Below, piece after piece: positions 34,932 through 45,841 of a DNA stretch of 64,000 nt. How positions within the stretch are numbered: position 1 is the first letter of the stretch; each line of letters begins with the position of its first letter. Both the position numbers and the translations under genes were made by a program. Under the pieces are notes generated by a model, which was not told the DNA's origin, searched no databases, and saw only the letters and a program-made list of their open reading frames with translations. The stretch comes from Escherichia coli (GTDB lineage Bacteria; Pseudomonadota; Gammaproteobacteria; Enterobacterales; Enterobacteriaceae). The stretch lies in assembly GCF_041248615.1 (NCBI RefSeq), contig NZ_CP158426.1. One strand, written 5' to 3'.

Positions 34932-35342
34932 ATGTTTTATCCCGCCTATATCCACAGTGATCCTGACGGCAGTGCCAGCGGTTTTTTCCCTGATGTTCCA
35001 GGCTGTTATTTTGCTGGTGATACGCTGGACTACGCTTTCCAGGATGCGCGAAGTGCACTGGTCGCGCACTTCGAAACCTTATGCGAGATGAATGAAGAGT
35101 TGCCGCTTCCAGGCTCTGTGGAAACACATCTGGTCCAGCGTGCGCAGGACTTTATTGGCGGGCAATGGTTGCTGGTGGATATCAATATGAATCAGTTCGA
35201 AGGTCGGGCTGAACGTATCAATATTACGATGCCAAAAAGATTACTGAACAAGATTGATACCTACGTGCGCAATAACCCAGACTATGCCAACAGAAGTGCG
35301 TTTCTGGCGGAAGCTGCCCGGCGTGTATTGCCGGGCGTTTAA
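34932..35342 (+). CDS. hicB: HicB-family antitoxin with C-terminal ribbon-helix-helix DNA-binding domain
   Basis: 136-aa ORF with strong RBS AGGAGG; N-terminal HicB signature …GFFPDVPGCYFAGDT…; C-terminal RHH-like …NITMPKRLLNKID…. Confidence 0.75.
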   Translation: MFYPAYIHSDPDGSASGFFPDVPGCYFAGDTLDYAFQDARSALVAHFETLCEMNEELPLPGSVETHLVQRAQDFIGGQWLLVDINMNQFEGRAERINITMPKRLLNKIDTYVRNNPDYANRSAFLAEAARRVLPGV

Positions 35343-35413
35343 TCTCGCGTTTCGATGGTTGGCGGGCAACCGCACCGATATGTTGATACTGATAAGACGC
35401 GTTAAGCGTCGCA

Positions 35414-37378
35414 TCATGCGCTGGTTTCCTCATTCACCCAGATCCGCATTTCGCCTTCACCCCGGTTGGCCCAGCTAAACCACGGGATAAAGGTCAGGGT
35501 TTGCGGCTGGCGTTTGGCTGGCGCGCTGTCGTAATGCCACAGCGGTTGCTGCTCTGGATTACTTTGTTCATACCGGTAACCCGGTGCCTGGATTAAGATC
35601 TTATGGCTGAACAATCCCTTGCCTTCAAAGGTCGTAAATGGCGCATCGGCGGGCAGCCACAGGTTATGTAGTGACTCGCCGTTGTCGGCCTGTTCCAGGC
35701 AATACACCAGCGGGCCGCGCTGAATCGCCACTTTTCCGGCGACGTGACGCACCAGCGGGTTACCGTAAACGCGGCGTACCGGCATCGGCAAAGTCAGATT
35801 CAGCGTATCGCCCTCCTGCCATTCGCGGGTAATGTGCAAATACCCTTTACGAATATCCTGCCCGACCTCTTCCCCATTCAATATGATCTGCGGCTGTGTG
35901 CACCAGTCCGGCAGACGTAAAGCCAGCGTATGACGCACCGGCTGGGGCGATTCAACCGCAATCGTCACCTGCTCCTGCCACGGATAGTTTCCGCTAACCC
36001 GCAGACGCAGCATGCCATTTTCTACCGGCACTTCCATGCTGTTTCCTGCGTAGATGTTGATATACAACGCATCTTCACGCGGCGTGTAGAGATAATGACC
36101 AATCGAGGTTAGCACGCGGGCGATATTTGGCGGACAACAAGCGCAACCAAACCAACGCTGGCGGATCGGCTTAACGTGATCGTAGATATGGTTGAATTTT
36201 AACGTTTTTGGATGCACTTCCAGCGGATTAACGTAGAAGAAATGTTTGCCATCCAGCGCCATGCCGCCGAGCACGGTGTTGTACAGTGCGCGCTCCATCA
36301 CATCGGCATATTGACTGTCGCCTTCCATTTCCAGCATTCGCCGGGCGAACATCATCAGGCCGATGGAAGCACAGCTTTCGGCGTATACCGTGTCATTCGG
36401 CAGATCGTAATCGCTGCTGAACGCTTCGCCGCTGCTTTGTGAGCCAATGCCGCCGGTAATATATAACTGACGCTGGGCCATATTGTTCCACAGCCGCAGG
36501 CAGTCCTGACGCTTGCTTTCATCGTGACTTAAACGCGCGAGATGCGCGACGGCGGTCATCAGGTAGACAAAACGTACCGCGTGACCAATGGCGGTTTGCT
36601 GCTGTGCGATGGGCAAATGCGCCTGGCTGTAGGCTTTGTCTTTCACCATCCACGCCGGGCCGTAGGTGTGCCAGTGCGAGGTCTGCCCGCGCTTTTCATA
36701 TTCCTGGTCGTAATAGTGCGGTTGCGCACCACGCTGTTCGACAAAATAGTTCGTCAGCGCCAGGTAGCGCGGCTCTTCGGTCACTTCATACAGGCGCATT
36801 AGTGCCAGTTCAATTTCCGGGTGACCAGGATAACCGTGTAACTTACTTTCACCTGGACCAAATACGCTGTCGATATGATCGGCCAGACGGCAAACCACTT
36901 CCAGCAAGCGCCGTTTTCCCGTGGCCTGGAAGAAGGCGACTCCGGCTTCAATCAGATGACCGGCGCAGTAAAGTTCATGACACTCCGCCAGATTGCTCCA
37001 GCGTTCTTCGGGCGCTTTTACCGTAAAGTAAGTATTGAGATAGCCGTCTTCGCACTGGGCGGAAGCGACCAGTTCGATTACCTCGTCGGCGGTTTTTTCC
37101 AGTTCGGCGTCCGGCTTCTGGCACAGCGACCAGGCTACCGCTTCCAGCCATTTGGCGACGTCGCTGTCCTGAAACACCATCCCGTAAAATTCACCCTCCT
37201 GAAGTCCGGCGGCAATGCGAAAGTTTTCAATCGCATGGCTGGGTTCCGCTTCTGGGATACGATCGTTCAAGGCATCCCACTGATAAGGAATCACCACGTC
37301 GCGGACCAGTTGTTGGTACTGACCGAGGAACGGATCGCTGACCGTCAGTTTATGCAGATCGACTTCCGAAATGTTCAT
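35414..37378 (-). CDS. glycoside hydrolase family 127 protein (DUF1680; beta-L-arabinofuranosidase-like)
   Basis: ORF 35414..37426; start placed at the ATG preceded by AAGGAG (MNISEVDLHKL…, 654 aa); contains WFGCACCPPN and YAESCASIG, matching the Cys-rich zinc/catalytic site I recall for HypBA1-type GH127. Confidence 0.8.
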   Translation of the reverse strand: MNISEVDLHKLTVSDPFLGQYQQLVRDVVIPYQWDALNDRIPEAEPSHAIENFRIAAGLQEGEFYGMVFQDSDVAKWLEAVAWSLCQKPDAELEKTADEVIELVASAQCEDGYLNTYFTVKAPEERWSNLAECHELYCAGHLIEAGVAFFQATGKRRLLEVVCRLADHIDSVFGPGESKLHGYPGHPEIELALMRLYEVTEEPRYLALTNYFVEQRGAQPHYYDQEYEKRGQTSHWHTYGPAWMVKDKAYSQAHLPIAQQQTAIGHAVRFVYLMTAVAHLARLSHDESKRQDCLRLWNNMAQRQLYITGGIGSQSSGEAFSSDYDLPNDTVYAESCASIGLMMFARRMLEMEGDSQYADVMERALYNTVLGGMALDGKHFFYVNPLEVHPKTLKFNHIYDHVKPIRQRWFGCACCPPNIARVLTSIGHYLYTPREDALYINIYAGNSMEVPVENGMLRLRVSGNYPWQEQVTIAVESPQPVRHTLALRLPDWCTQPQIILNGEEVGQDIRKGYLHITREWQEGDTLNLTLPMPVRRVYGNPLVRHVAGKVAIQRGPLVYCLEQADNGESLHNLWLPADAPFTTFEGKGLFSHKILIQAPGYRYEQSNPEQQPLWHYDSAPAKRQPQTLTFIPWFSWANRGEGEMRIWVNEETSA

Positions 37379-37388
37379 CTTGTGCTCC

Positions 37389-38789
37389 TTAAGGCTGTAC
37401 ATGACGCTGACGCAGGTCGCTAGCAATGCGTGACATCATAGGGTTATTGAGTTTGCAAAAGCGGATCGCCCCTGCCAGCAGCAGGTGGAATAGCGCAGGC
37501 AGTAATGTTTCCATCGCCGCGATGCCGCCAAGCGAACTGGCGGTCTGGTTTTCCACGCCAGGCTGGTAGGCGACAAAAATAAACAGCAGGCTGATGATCC
37601 CGGCGCTGGAGGCCCAGGCCAGTTTGATGAAAAACAGATTGAAGGCGAAGTTCATGCCGGAAGAACGTACGCGGGTTTTCCACTCGCCGTAGTCATCGGC
37701 AAAGGCCATCAATGAGAAGTGCAATGGCAATGTGAAGCCAAGAATCACGCCATTACCGAGGATCACCGCCAGCCACAGCGTTTGATAAGCCGGGCCAGAA
37801 GGCAGGAACCACATCAACACCGCCAGCGCAGCGAGGAGCAGATTGGTGTAGTAGTAAATTTTGACGGTATCGAAACGCCGCGTTAATGGGCTGACAATCA
37901 CCGAGCCGATAATGGAGGCGAAGGTGACCATGGTGAAGAACAGCGACGTGTAGCCCGTACTGCCTTGTAAGACGTAGGTAATGAAGTACATATACCCACC
38001 GCCGCGAATATTAAAGACGTTAATCAGCAGGAAAGACATGACCAGCATCAGCAGCAGTTGGTCGTTGTTTCGCAGCCCGGCAAGATGTTCGCGCAGGGTA
38101 AATTTCCCCATTGTGGAGAGTGGCACCCGTTCACGAACCCAGAAGAAACAGCACAGGAACATCACCACGGCAATGGCGCACAATACGCCGACGCCCAGTT
38201 GATAGCCGCGCGCGGCATTACCCTGACCGAAGAGATCTACCATCCACGGTAAGCCTACCGAAACCAGAAATCCCGCTACGCCGCAGAGAACGAATCGCCA
38301 GGACTGGCAGGAGATCACTTCATTGTGGCGGGTGGTCATGGTGTTGATCAGCGCGCAGTACGGCACGTTGATGGCGGTATAACCGACTGAAAGGAGCAGG
38401 TAAGTGCCGAACGCCCAGGCGATTTTTACTCCCATGCTGGCATCTGGCACGGTGAACGTCAGGATGCCGATAATGCCGATGGGAATGGCAATCCACAACT
38501 GCCACGGACGAAAGCGCCCCCAGCGACTTTGCGTCCGGTCGGCAATGACGCCCATCACCGGGTCGGAGATGGCATCAAACACGCGCAGTGCAATAAACAG
38601 CGTGCCGACCAGCGCCGGAGTTAAGCCAAAAACGTCGGTGTAGAAAAAGGTGAGAAAGTTCATGATCAGGCAAGTTATTACGGTGCCGCCTGCGTCACCC
38701 AGGCCGTAGCCTATTTTTTCCCGTACAGATAACGCATCGTCAATTTTACCTTTAGCGATATCAGCGGTAGTAATCGGTGTAGAGGTCAT
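37389..38789 (-). CDS. glycoside-pentoside-hexuronide (GPH) family sugar:cation symporter
   Basis: 466-aa 12-TM ORF with GPH signature …[25 protein letters not shown]…; directly upstream of the GH127 gene on the same strand. Confidence 0.8.
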   Translation of the reverse strand: MTSTPITTADIAKGKIDDALSVREKIGYGLGDAGGTVITCLIMNFLTFFYTDVFGLTPALVGTLFIALRVFDAISDPVMGVIADRTQSRWGRFRPWQLWIAIPIGIIGILTFTVPDASMGVKIAWAFGTYLLLSVGYTAINVPYCALINTMTTRHNEVISCQSWRFVLCGVAGFLVSVGLPWMVDLFGQGNAARGYQLGVGVLCAIAVVMFLCCFFWVRERVPLSTMGKFTLREHLAGLRNNDQLLLMLVMSFLLINVFNIRGGGYMYFITYVLQGSTGYTSLFFTMVTFASIIGSVIVSPLTRRFDTVKIYYYTNLLLAALAVLMWFLPSGPAYQTLWLAVILGNGVILGFTLPLHFSLMAFADDYGEWKTRVRSSGMNFAFNLFFIKLAWASSAGIISLLFIFVAYQPGVENQTASSLGGIAAMETLLPALFHLLLAGAIRFCKLNNPMMSRIASDLRQRHVQP

Positions 38790-39014
38790 AGATGTTCCTC
38801 GTGAATAGGGTGCAATTTTTAGTTTTATTGCAATGACATGATTAATTCTGCCGTGAACGGGAATATCAACAAGGCGAGAAAAGAGTAAAAAAAGGTGACG
38901 ATTCCGACCTGAATTTAAAAGTGTGAATTGGATCAGGTGAAATTAATGTTTTTGATTAATAATCAAAAGGTAATGTGTTTAATCATTAATGAATAAGCGG
39001 GAAATTACATATTA

Positions 39015-39830
39015 ATGCTCGAATTATCCATGACGTTACCGATTAAAGTGCAAAATGGTGGATTATTTATTTCCCGTGGCGTAGGGAGGCATCCGGCAAG
39101 GCGGCTGGAGTCATGGGAAATTATCTTTGTCGAAAAAGGTCGATTAGCGATTCAGGAAGAAGAGCGGATATTTCTGGTCGATGCGGGAGAGAGTTTATTA
39201 CTCTGGCCGAACCGACAGCATGTTGGGGTAGAGGATTTTCCCGCCGATCTCAAATTTTACTGGCTGCATTTTGAGGTTAAAGCGCCGGATAGCGACCCGC
39301 GCTGGCTCACTCATCTTAGCGTGCCGCAACAAACGAAGGTTGCCGATCTGCAGGCGCTGGTGGCCCTGTTTCGCCAGTTCTTAAGCGAACAGGAAAAGCA
39401 TCAACGCACTCCGGCGCTGGAGTTTATTGTGCTGCTGATTTTGCAGCAACTCACCCGTGACGCGCGTCTTGATGAACAGGCCGATGCCGCAGGTACCACG
39501 CTTGCCTGGAAAGCGCAGAAACTGATCCGCACGCAATATCATCGCCCGCTTTCTACGGCGCTTTTAGCCCGCGAGCTGTACTGCAATGCCGATTATCTTG
39601 GGCGTGTCTATCGGCGGGTGTTTCATCTGACGTTAACAGAAGCAATTCATCGCCAGCGAGTGCGCGAAGCCGAAAAGCTGTTAATTAGCGAAGCGCGATC
39701 GCTCACTGAAGTGGCGGCGTTGTGCGGGTTTAATGACGTTGGCTATTTCCGGCAGATTTTTCGCAAACACACCGGTTTAACGCCAGCTGCGTGGAAGCGA
39801 CGTTACAGCAAGGAACATATCAATTCGTAG
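39015..39830 (+). CDS. AraC/XylS-family transcriptional regulator
   Basis: 271-aa ORF with N-terminal cupin-like sensing domain and C-terminal AraC-type HTH pair; divergent from the transporter-GH127 operon. Confidence 0.8.
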   Translation: MLELSMTLPIKVQNGGLFISRGVGRHPARRLESWEIIFVEKGRLAIQEEERIFLVDAGESLLLWPNRQHVGVEDFPADLKFYWLHFEVKAPDSDPRWLTHLSVPQQTKVADLQALVALFRQFLSEQEKHQRTPALEFIVLLILQQLTRDARLDEQADAAGTTLAWKAQKLIRTQYHRPLSTALLARELYCNADYLGRVYRRVFHLTLTEAIHRQRVREAEKLLISEARSLTEVAALCGFNDVGYFRQIFRKHTGLTPAAWKRRYSKEHINS

Positions 39831-39831
39831 T

Positions 39832-39853
39832 GCCGGGGCAATGAAGCCCCGGC
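39832..39853. terminator. bidirectional stem-loop between the convergent AraC-family gene and sgbE
   Basis: Perfect 8-bp GC-rich inverted repeat GCCGGGGC aatgaa GCCCCGGC read directly. Confidence 0.45.
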
Positions 39854-39861
39854 GTGAGGGA

Positions 39862-40557
39862 TTACTGCCCGTAATAGGCATTGGCCCCATGCTTACGCAG
39901 GTAGTGCTTATCCAACAGTTCGATTTGCATCGCAGGGAGCTGCGGCGCAAGCTGGCGCGAGAACAGGCCCATATAGGCGCATTCTTCCAGTACTACGGCG
40001 TTATGCACGGCATCGGCGGCGTTTTTACCCCATGCGAACGGGCCGTGAGAATGCACCAGCACCGCCGGGATTTGTGCCGGACTCCTGCCGCGTTCTTCGA
40101 AAGTTTCAATGATCACTTCGCCGGTCTGGTATTCATACTCGCCGTTAATCTCCTCTGCGGTCATCAGGCGCGTGCAGGGGATGGCACCGTAAAAATAATC
40201 GGCGTGGGTGGTGCCCCAGGCGGGGAGATCCAGCCCGGCCTGTGACCAGATGGTGGCGTGGCGCGAGTGGGTATGCACAATGCCACCGATTTCGGCATAG
40301 CGACGGTAAAGCGCCAGATGCGTTGGCGTATCGGACGAGGGCTTTTTGCTACCTTCCACCACCTTGCCGCTGGCTATCTCAACCACCACCATATCGTCGG
40401 CGGTCATCACGTCGTACTCGACGCCGGAAGGTTTGATTACCATCCATTGCCGCGTTTCGTCTACCGCGCTGACATTGCCCCAGGTGAACGTCACCAGATG
40501 GTGAGCGGGAAGTGCCAGATTTGCCGCCAGCACGTCGGCTTTCAGTTGCTCTAACAT
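39862..40557 (-). CDS. sgbE: L-ribulose-5-phosphate 4-epimerase
   Basis: 231-aa ORF of the class II aldolase/adducin family; last gene of the yiaK-sgbE operon. Confidence 0.93.
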   Translation of the reverse strand: MLEQLKADVLAANLALPAHHLVTFTWGNVSAVDETRQWMVIKPSGVEYDVMTADDMVVVEIASGKVVEGSKKPSSDTPTHLALYRRYAEIGGIVHTHSRHATIWSQAGLDLPAWGTTHADYFYGAIPCTRLMTAEEINGEYEYQTGEVIIETFEERGRSPAQIPAVLVHSHGPFAWGKNAADAVHNAVVLEECAYMGLFSRQLAPQLPAMQIELLDKHYLRKHGANAYYGQ

Positions 40558-41411
40558 ATAAATCCAGCCTCCTGCATACGCGCTTCAATCCAGCGCCGCG
40601 CCTGAATAATCTCCAGCACCGGCTCTTTGGCTTTTTCGGTCCACATCTCAATCAGGAAAGAACCGCGATAGTTCAGTTCATGCAGCGTTTTGAAGATGCC
40701 AACGAAATCGACGCAGCCTTCGCCAAACGGCACATCACGGAACTGTCCGGGACTTTGCCCGGTGACTGGCAGGGTGTCTTTCAGATGGATTGCGGCAATA
40801 CGGTCAATGCCCAGTTTCAGTTCGGCGGGAACATCATTGCCCCAGGCGCTGAGGTTGCCGACGTCCGGGTAGACGGTGAACCACGGCGAGGCGAGCATCT
40901 CGTCCCACTTTTTCCATTTGCTGATGGAGTTCATAAACGCGGTATCCATAATCTCCACCGCCAGCATTACTTGTGATGCCGCCGCCTGTTCGACCGCCCA
41001 CGCCAGCCCTTCAGCAAAACGTTGCTGGGTGCCTTCGTCGTGGTCTTCGTAATAGACGTCATAACCCGCCAGTTGAATGGTGCGAATGCCGAGATCGCGC
41101 GCCAGGCGAATCGCTTTACTCATGATTTCCCGCGCCCGTTCGCGCACCGCCTTGTCCCGGCTGCCAAAGGGAAAGCGACGATGTGCGGACAGGCACATTG
41201 ACGGAATGGCAACACCCGTTTCGATCATCGCGGCAACCAGCGAAGTCCTTTGTGTGGCGCTCCAGTCAAGGCGTGACAGACGCTCGTCAGTTTCATCCAC
41301 CGACATTTCGACAAAATCAAAGCCGCAGCTTTTTGCCAGCACCAGCCGCTCCGGCCAGGAGAGATCTTTCGCCAGCGCTTTTTCATAAATCCCTAACGGA
41401 TGATTACGCAC
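40551..41411 (-). CDS. sgbU: L-xylulose-5-phosphate 3-epimerase
   Basis: ORF 40551..41501; start placed at the in-frame GTG giving (M)[22 protein letters not shown]… (286 aa), overlapping sgbH by 8 nt; TIM-barrel sugar-phosphate isomerase family. Confidence 0.88.
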   Translation of the reverse strand: MRNHPLGIYEKALAKDLSWPERLVLAKSCGFDFVEMSVDETDERLSRLDWSATQRTSLVAAMIETGVAIPSMCLSAHRRFPFGSRDKAVRERAREIMSKAIRLARDLGIRTIQLAGYDVYYEDHDEGTQQRFAEGLAWAVEQAAASQVMLAVEIMDTAFMNSISKWKKWDEMLASPWFTVYPDVGNLSAWGNDVPAELKLGIDRIAAIHLKDTLPVTGQSPGQFRDVPFGEGCVDFVGIFKTLHELNYRGSFLIEMWTEKAKEPVLEIIQARRWIEARMQEAGFIC

Positions 41412-42066
41412 GCGCGCCTCCCCAGATAGCGTCGATTTGCGCATGGAAATCGCCTGCCACCTGTGCCGGATTTGCCGCGCCTGCCAGTGCTCGCCCGGCA
41501 ATAAACGCTTTCACGCGAATATCTTTAAACAGTGGCAGATCAGCAGGAGTAATACCGCCGGTAATGGAAAGCTCAAGGCCGATATCGGAAAGCGCCTTCA
41601 TGCGTGCCAGATCGGCTTCGCCCCACTGTTGCCCGCTGGCCTGTGCATCACGACCACGATGATAAATCGCCTGCCGCACGCCAATACGATGCCAGTCGCG
41701 GGCGTCGTCCAGCGTCCAGTTACCGAACAGCTCGATCTGGATTTCACCACCGCAGCGTTGCGCCATTGTGTGACCTTTTTCTACCGTCGCGAGCGGTGCG
41801 GCGCAGATGATGGTCATCCAGTTAGCGCCTGCGCCAAACGCCTGTTGCGCGAGCGTTTCACCGGCATCGGCGACCTTCCAGTCAGCGACGATGATTTTGT
41901 TCGGGCACTGTTCGCGCAAGGCTTTCACTGCGCCAAGCCCTTCGTTTAAACAGAGAATGGTGCCCGCTTCGACGATATCGACGCTGTCTTTTAACAGCAT
42001 CACGTCGCGCTGTGCGTCTTCAAGTGATGAGTGGTCGAGGGCCAGTTGCAGAAGTGGTCGGCTCAT
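41404..42066 (-). CDS. sgbH: 3-keto-L-gulonate-6-phosphate decarboxylase
   Basis: 220-aa [25 protein letters not shown]… of the OMP decarboxylase-like family; 4-nt overlap with lyxK. Confidence 0.93.
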   Translation of the reverse strand: MSRPLLQLALDHSSLEDAQRDVMLLKDSVDIVEAGTILCLNEGLGAVKALREQCPNKIIVADWKVADAGETLAQQAFGAGANWMTIICAAPLATVEKGHTMAQRCGGEIQIELFGNWTLDDARDWHRIGVRQAIYHRGRDAQASGQQWGEADLARMKALSDIGLELSITGGITPADLPLFKDIRVKAFIAGRALAGAANPAQVAGDFHAQIDAIWGGARA

Positions 42067-43559
42067 AATGTGTGCTCCTTGATGCGGGCGTGAAAGCCCT
42101 GAAGTGCGGCAATGAGATGCTGATAGCGTTGGTATTTTTGTTGGTAAAGCTGATGGGCGGTCATATCCGGCAGCAGGGTGCGTACCGGGTGCTGTAAATC
42201 ACGTTGGGCTTCGCTGAAATCGCGATAAACTCCGGTGCCGACGCGGGCGGCAAGTGCCGCACCAAAGCAGCCGGTTTCTTCCACCTGCGGCAGTTCGATA
42301 CGCAGCCCGCTGACGTCCGCCAGCATTTGCATCCAGACATCGGAATGCGCCGGGCCGCCAGTGACGCGCAGGGTGTGCACATCAGTAAAACGTTCGCGCA
42401 TCCGGTTGAGATGGGTCATATGGCTGAACACCACGCCTTCATAAATGGCCTGCAACAGGTGTGCGCGGGTGTGAATGGCCTGCATCCCGTAGAAACCGCT
42501 GGTCATCTCGAGTCCGGCGTTGCTGCCGTACAGGAACGGCAGGAAAAAGAGATCGCCCCCGGCCTTTGGCAAGCTGGCAACGGCCTGGTTAATCTCATCA
42601 AACGAGATTTCTCCCCACTGTGCGGTAAACCATTCGAGGTTGCCGGAAGAGGTGGGGCTGGCTTCGTGAACGATAAATTGACCATCGTTAACGTAGCGAC
42701 CATAGACATACGGATGCGCTTCACCGTCACGTAAACCACGGGTTATTCCGCTGGTCACCGCCCAGGTGCCCATCACCGCATTAAGGGTAAATTCGTCTTC
42801 GATCCCGGCACAGAGTGCGGTGGAAACCACATCAAACAGGCCGCCGACAACGGGCGTACCCGCTTTCAGACCGGTCAGTGCGGCTGTCTGAGCGGTGATT
42901 TCCCCGCAGATTTCGGCAGATCCGACAACAGGCGGCAGGGCGTGGTTGATTTCAGCGATCCCCAGCCAGTCGGTGAGGCACGGGTCATATTCCCCAAGAC
43001 TCATGTTGTAGAGATTGGACTCAGAAATATTGCTCTCTTCGCAACCTTTGACGCCGGTTAAACACCAGCGCAGGTAGTCGTGCGTCATCATCACGCAGCC
43101 AATTTGCGCGTAGCGTTCCGGTTCGTGCTCTTTCAGCCAGCGTAACAGCGACACCGGATGCCCGGTCCACAAGGTTTGTCGCGTCAGCGGGTAGAGTTTT
43201 TCCGGGATGCCATCTTCCTGCCAGCGACGAACGATTTCCATCGCCCGGCGATCCGAGGACAAAATGGCGTTACCGAGCGGCTTGTCGTTTTTATCCAGCA
43301 AAAACAAGCCCTTTCCCTGTGCGGAGATGCCGATACCCACTATTTGTTCCCCGCTAACGCCAGTATGAGTAAGCAGGGCGCGAATGACAGCCATGCAGCA
43401 TTGCCACAGTTCTGCCATATCGCGCTCTGCCCAACCTGGCTGCGGGCTTAATGCGCACAGCGGCAGGCGCTGCACGCCTGCCTCCCGGCCTTCGCGGTCA
43501 TACAGCCCGGCTTTCAGCCAGCTACCGCCACAATCTAACCCCAGCCAGTATTGCGTCAT
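42063..43559 (-). CDS. lyxK: L-xylulose/3-keto-L-gulonate kinase (FGGY family)
   Basis: 498-aa ORF MTQYWLGLDCGGSWLKAGLYD… with FGGY carbohydrate-kinase signature. Confidence 0.93.
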   Translation of the reverse strand: MTQYWLGLDCGGSWLKAGLYDREGREAGVQRLPLCALSPQPGWAERDMAELWQCCMAVIRALLTHTGVSGEQIVGIGISAQGKGLFLLDKNDKPLGNAILSSDRRAMEIVRRWQEDGIPEKLYPLTRQTLWTGHPVSLLRWLKEHEPERYAQIGCVMMTHDYLRWCLTGVKGCEESNISESNLYNMSLGEYDPCLTDWLGIAEINHALPPVVGSAEICGEITAQTAALTGLKAGTPVVGGLFDVVSTALCAGIEDEFTLNAVMGTWAVTSGITRGLRDGEAHPYVYGRYVNDGQFIVHEASPTSSGNLEWFTAQWGEISFDEINQAVASLPKAGGDLFFLPFLYGSNAGLEMTSGFYGMQAIHTRAHLLQAIYEGVVFSHMTHLNRMRERFTDVHTLRVTGGPAHSDVWMQMLADVSGLRIELPQVEETGCFGAALAARVGTGVYRDFSEAQRDLQHPVRTLLPDMTAHQLYQQKYQRYQHLIAALQGFHARIKEHTL

Positions 43560-43562
43560 GGT

Positions 43563-44549
43563 TTATTGCACCTCATCCACGGCTTTCAGCAGGTCAGCGC
43601 CCTGCGGAACATCTTTTACAAACATGTCGCGGACCTGAGTACCCAGCGCGTCGCTAAAGGCTTTGCGGTCGAGATCGGTGATGACTTCCACGCCCGCTTC
43701 TTTCATGCCATCGATGATTTTTTGCTGATCTTCAGCAACCAGTTTGCGCTGGTAGTTACCCGCTTCCTGCGCAGATGAGATCAGCGCCTGCTGGAATTCC
43801 GGGCTTAAGCCATCAAACTTCGCTTTGTTGATCACCACCAGAAGTGGCGAATAGGCGTGGTGCGTCAGAGAAAGGTACTTCTGTACTTCGAAAAATTTTG
43901 CTGACCAGACGACGTTGATCGGGTGTTCCTGAGCGTCGATAGTGCGCGTTTCCAGCCCGGTATAGACTTCGGCAAACGGCATCGGGATCGGGTTAGCGCC
44001 AAAGACTTTGAATGCGGCGATATTCATCGGGCTATTGTTGGTGCGAATTTTCAGCCCTTTCAGGTCGGCGGGGGTTTTAACCGGTGCGCGCGAGTTGGTG
44101 ACATCGCGCCAGCCGTTTTCCCAGTAGGCCAGTACTTTCAGTCCCTTACCTTCAAGTGAGGCTTTCAGATCATCACCGACTTTGCCGTCGAGCGTTTTAT
44201 GCGCGTGAGCGGTATCGCGGAACAGGAAAGGGACGTCGAGCAGGTTGATGACGGGCGAGAGCCCCGTAAAGTTGTTAGAGCCAGACATCTCCATATCAAT
44301 AGTGCCGCCACGCACGCCGCTGATCATCGCCTGCGCATTACCGAGGGTGCTATCCGGAAACAATTTTAATTTCAGTTCGCCTTTGGTTTTTTCCTGTAAT
44401 AATTCATTGAATTTTTTCGCCGCAATATGTTGCGAGTCGGTTTGTGAGGTTTCATAACCGAAACGTAAAGATTGTGCCGCCAGAGAAGATGTGCTGAATG
44501 CAGTCAGGCCAGCAATGAATAATGCGTAGGTTACAGAGCGTAATTTCAT
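43563..44549 (-). CDS. yiaO: TRAP transporter periplasmic solute-binding protein (2,3-diketo-L-gulonate)
   Basis: 328-aa ORF with signal peptide and DctP-family fold. Confidence 0.93.
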   Translation of the reverse strand: MKLRSVTYALFIAGLTAFSTSSLAAQSLRFGYETSQTDSQHIAAKKFNELLQEKTKGELKLKLFPDSTLGNAQAMISGVRGGTIDMEMSGSNNFTGLSPVINLLDVPFLFRDTAHAHKTLDGKVGDDLKASLEGKGLKVLAYWENGWRDVTNSRAPVKTPADLKGLKIRTNNSPMNIAAFKVFGANPIPMPFAEVYTGLETRTIDAQEHPINVVWSAKFFEVQKYLSLTHHAYSPLLVVINKAKFDGLSPEFQQALISSAQEAGNYQRKLVAEDQQKIIDGMKEAGVEVITDLDRKAFSDALGTQVRDMFVKDVPQGADLLKAVDEVQ

Positions 44550-44561
44550 AATATTTTCCTT

Positions 44562-45839
44562 TTAATTAATCCATTTCAAAGGGAGGATGATGAGATCGGG
44601 AATAAAAACAAATACGACTAATAATGAATATAAAACCAGGACGTAAGGGAAAACGCCTCTGACTGCATCATCGAATTTGAGTTTTGCCACCCCTGAAATA
44701 ACGTTAAGCACATTACCGATAGGCGGTGTAATTAAGCCGATTGAGCAGTTAATGATAAACATGACACCGAAATAAATCGGATCGATTCCTGCCTCTTTAA
44801 CTAAAGGCATTAATACCGGGGTAAGAATTAATACCGTCGGCGTTAAATCCATGACCATGCCGACAATCAGGATAGCCACCATAATGACGATAAACAGCAG
44901 ACGCGGTGAATCGACCAGCGGTTGCAGTAAATCAGAAACCATCATCGGCAGTTCAGCAATGGTTATCAGCCAGGCGGAAACTTGTGCCGAGGCCACCAGA
45001 AACATCACCACTGAGGTCGTTTTCGCTGCGCCAATGAGCACATGCCAAAGTGTGGCGAAGGTCATTTCACGGTAAATAACTGTGGCGACAAACAGCGCAT
45101 AGAAAGCAGCAACGGCCCCGGCTTCGGTAGGGGTAAACAGACCGGAGCGAAACCCGCCAATAATGATGACTGGAAGAAACAGCGCCCAGATACCGGAGAC
45201 AAAAGAGTGCCAGATTTCCTGCATCGTTGCTTTTTGCTGGCGGGGTAAATTAAGGCGACTGGCCTGCCACCACCAGGTAAGCATCAGCGTTGCGCCCATC
45301 ATCATGCCAGGGGCAATGCCCGCCATAAACAGCTTACTGATGGATAATCCGCTGGAAACGCCGAAAATAATAAACGGAATGGAAGGGGGAATAATTGGCG
45401 CGATAATGCCGCCAGAGGCAATCAGCCCCGCCGCCCGGTTGACCGGGTAGTTGGCGCTGCGCATCATCGGCACCAGTAGAGCGGCAACGGCGGCGGTATC
45501 CGCAACGGCAGAACCAGAAAGGCTTGCCATAATCATAGCCGCCAGCACGCCGACGTAGCCCAGCCCGCCTGGTTTATGCCCCACCAGTTTCATCGGCAGG
45601 TCAACAATGCGTTTTGACAAGCCGCCCGCATTCATGATTTCACCCGCCAGCACAAAGAACGGAATCGCCAGCAGGGAGAAGCTGTCGGCTCCGTTCACCA
45701 GCGTTTGTGCCATGATCTGGACATCAAACATCTCCAGCCAGAACATTAACGCCGCCCCGCACAACAACAGTGCCCAGGCAATAGGCAAACCGATAGCAAT
45801 ACCACCCAACAGACAGCCCAGAAAAATCAGCACAGCCAT
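44562..45839 (-). CDS. yiaN: TRAP transporter large permease subunit (DctM family)
   Basis: 425-aa polytopic membrane ORF. Confidence 0.93.
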   Translation of the reverse strand: MAVLIFLGCLLGGIAIGLPIAWALLLCGAALMFWLEMFDVQIMAQTLVNGADSFSLLAIPFFVLAGEIMNAGGLSKRIVDLPMKLVGHKPGGLGYVGVLAAMIMASLSGSAVADTAAVAALLVPMMRSANYPVNRAAGLIASGGIIAPIIPPSIPFIIFGVSSGLSISKLFMAGIAPGMMMGATLMLTWWWQASRLNLPRQQKATMQEIWHSFVSGIWALFLPVIIIGGFRSGLFTPTEAGAVAAFYALFVATVIYREMTFATLWHVLIGAAKTTSVVMFLVASAQVSAWLITIAELPMMVSDLLQPLVDSPRLLFIVIMVAILIVGMVMDLTPTVLILTPVLMPLVKEAGIDPIYFGVMFIINCSIGLITPPIGNVLNVISGVAKLKFDDAVRGVFPYVLVLYSLLVVFVFIPDLIILPLKWIN

Positions 45840-45841
45840 GA

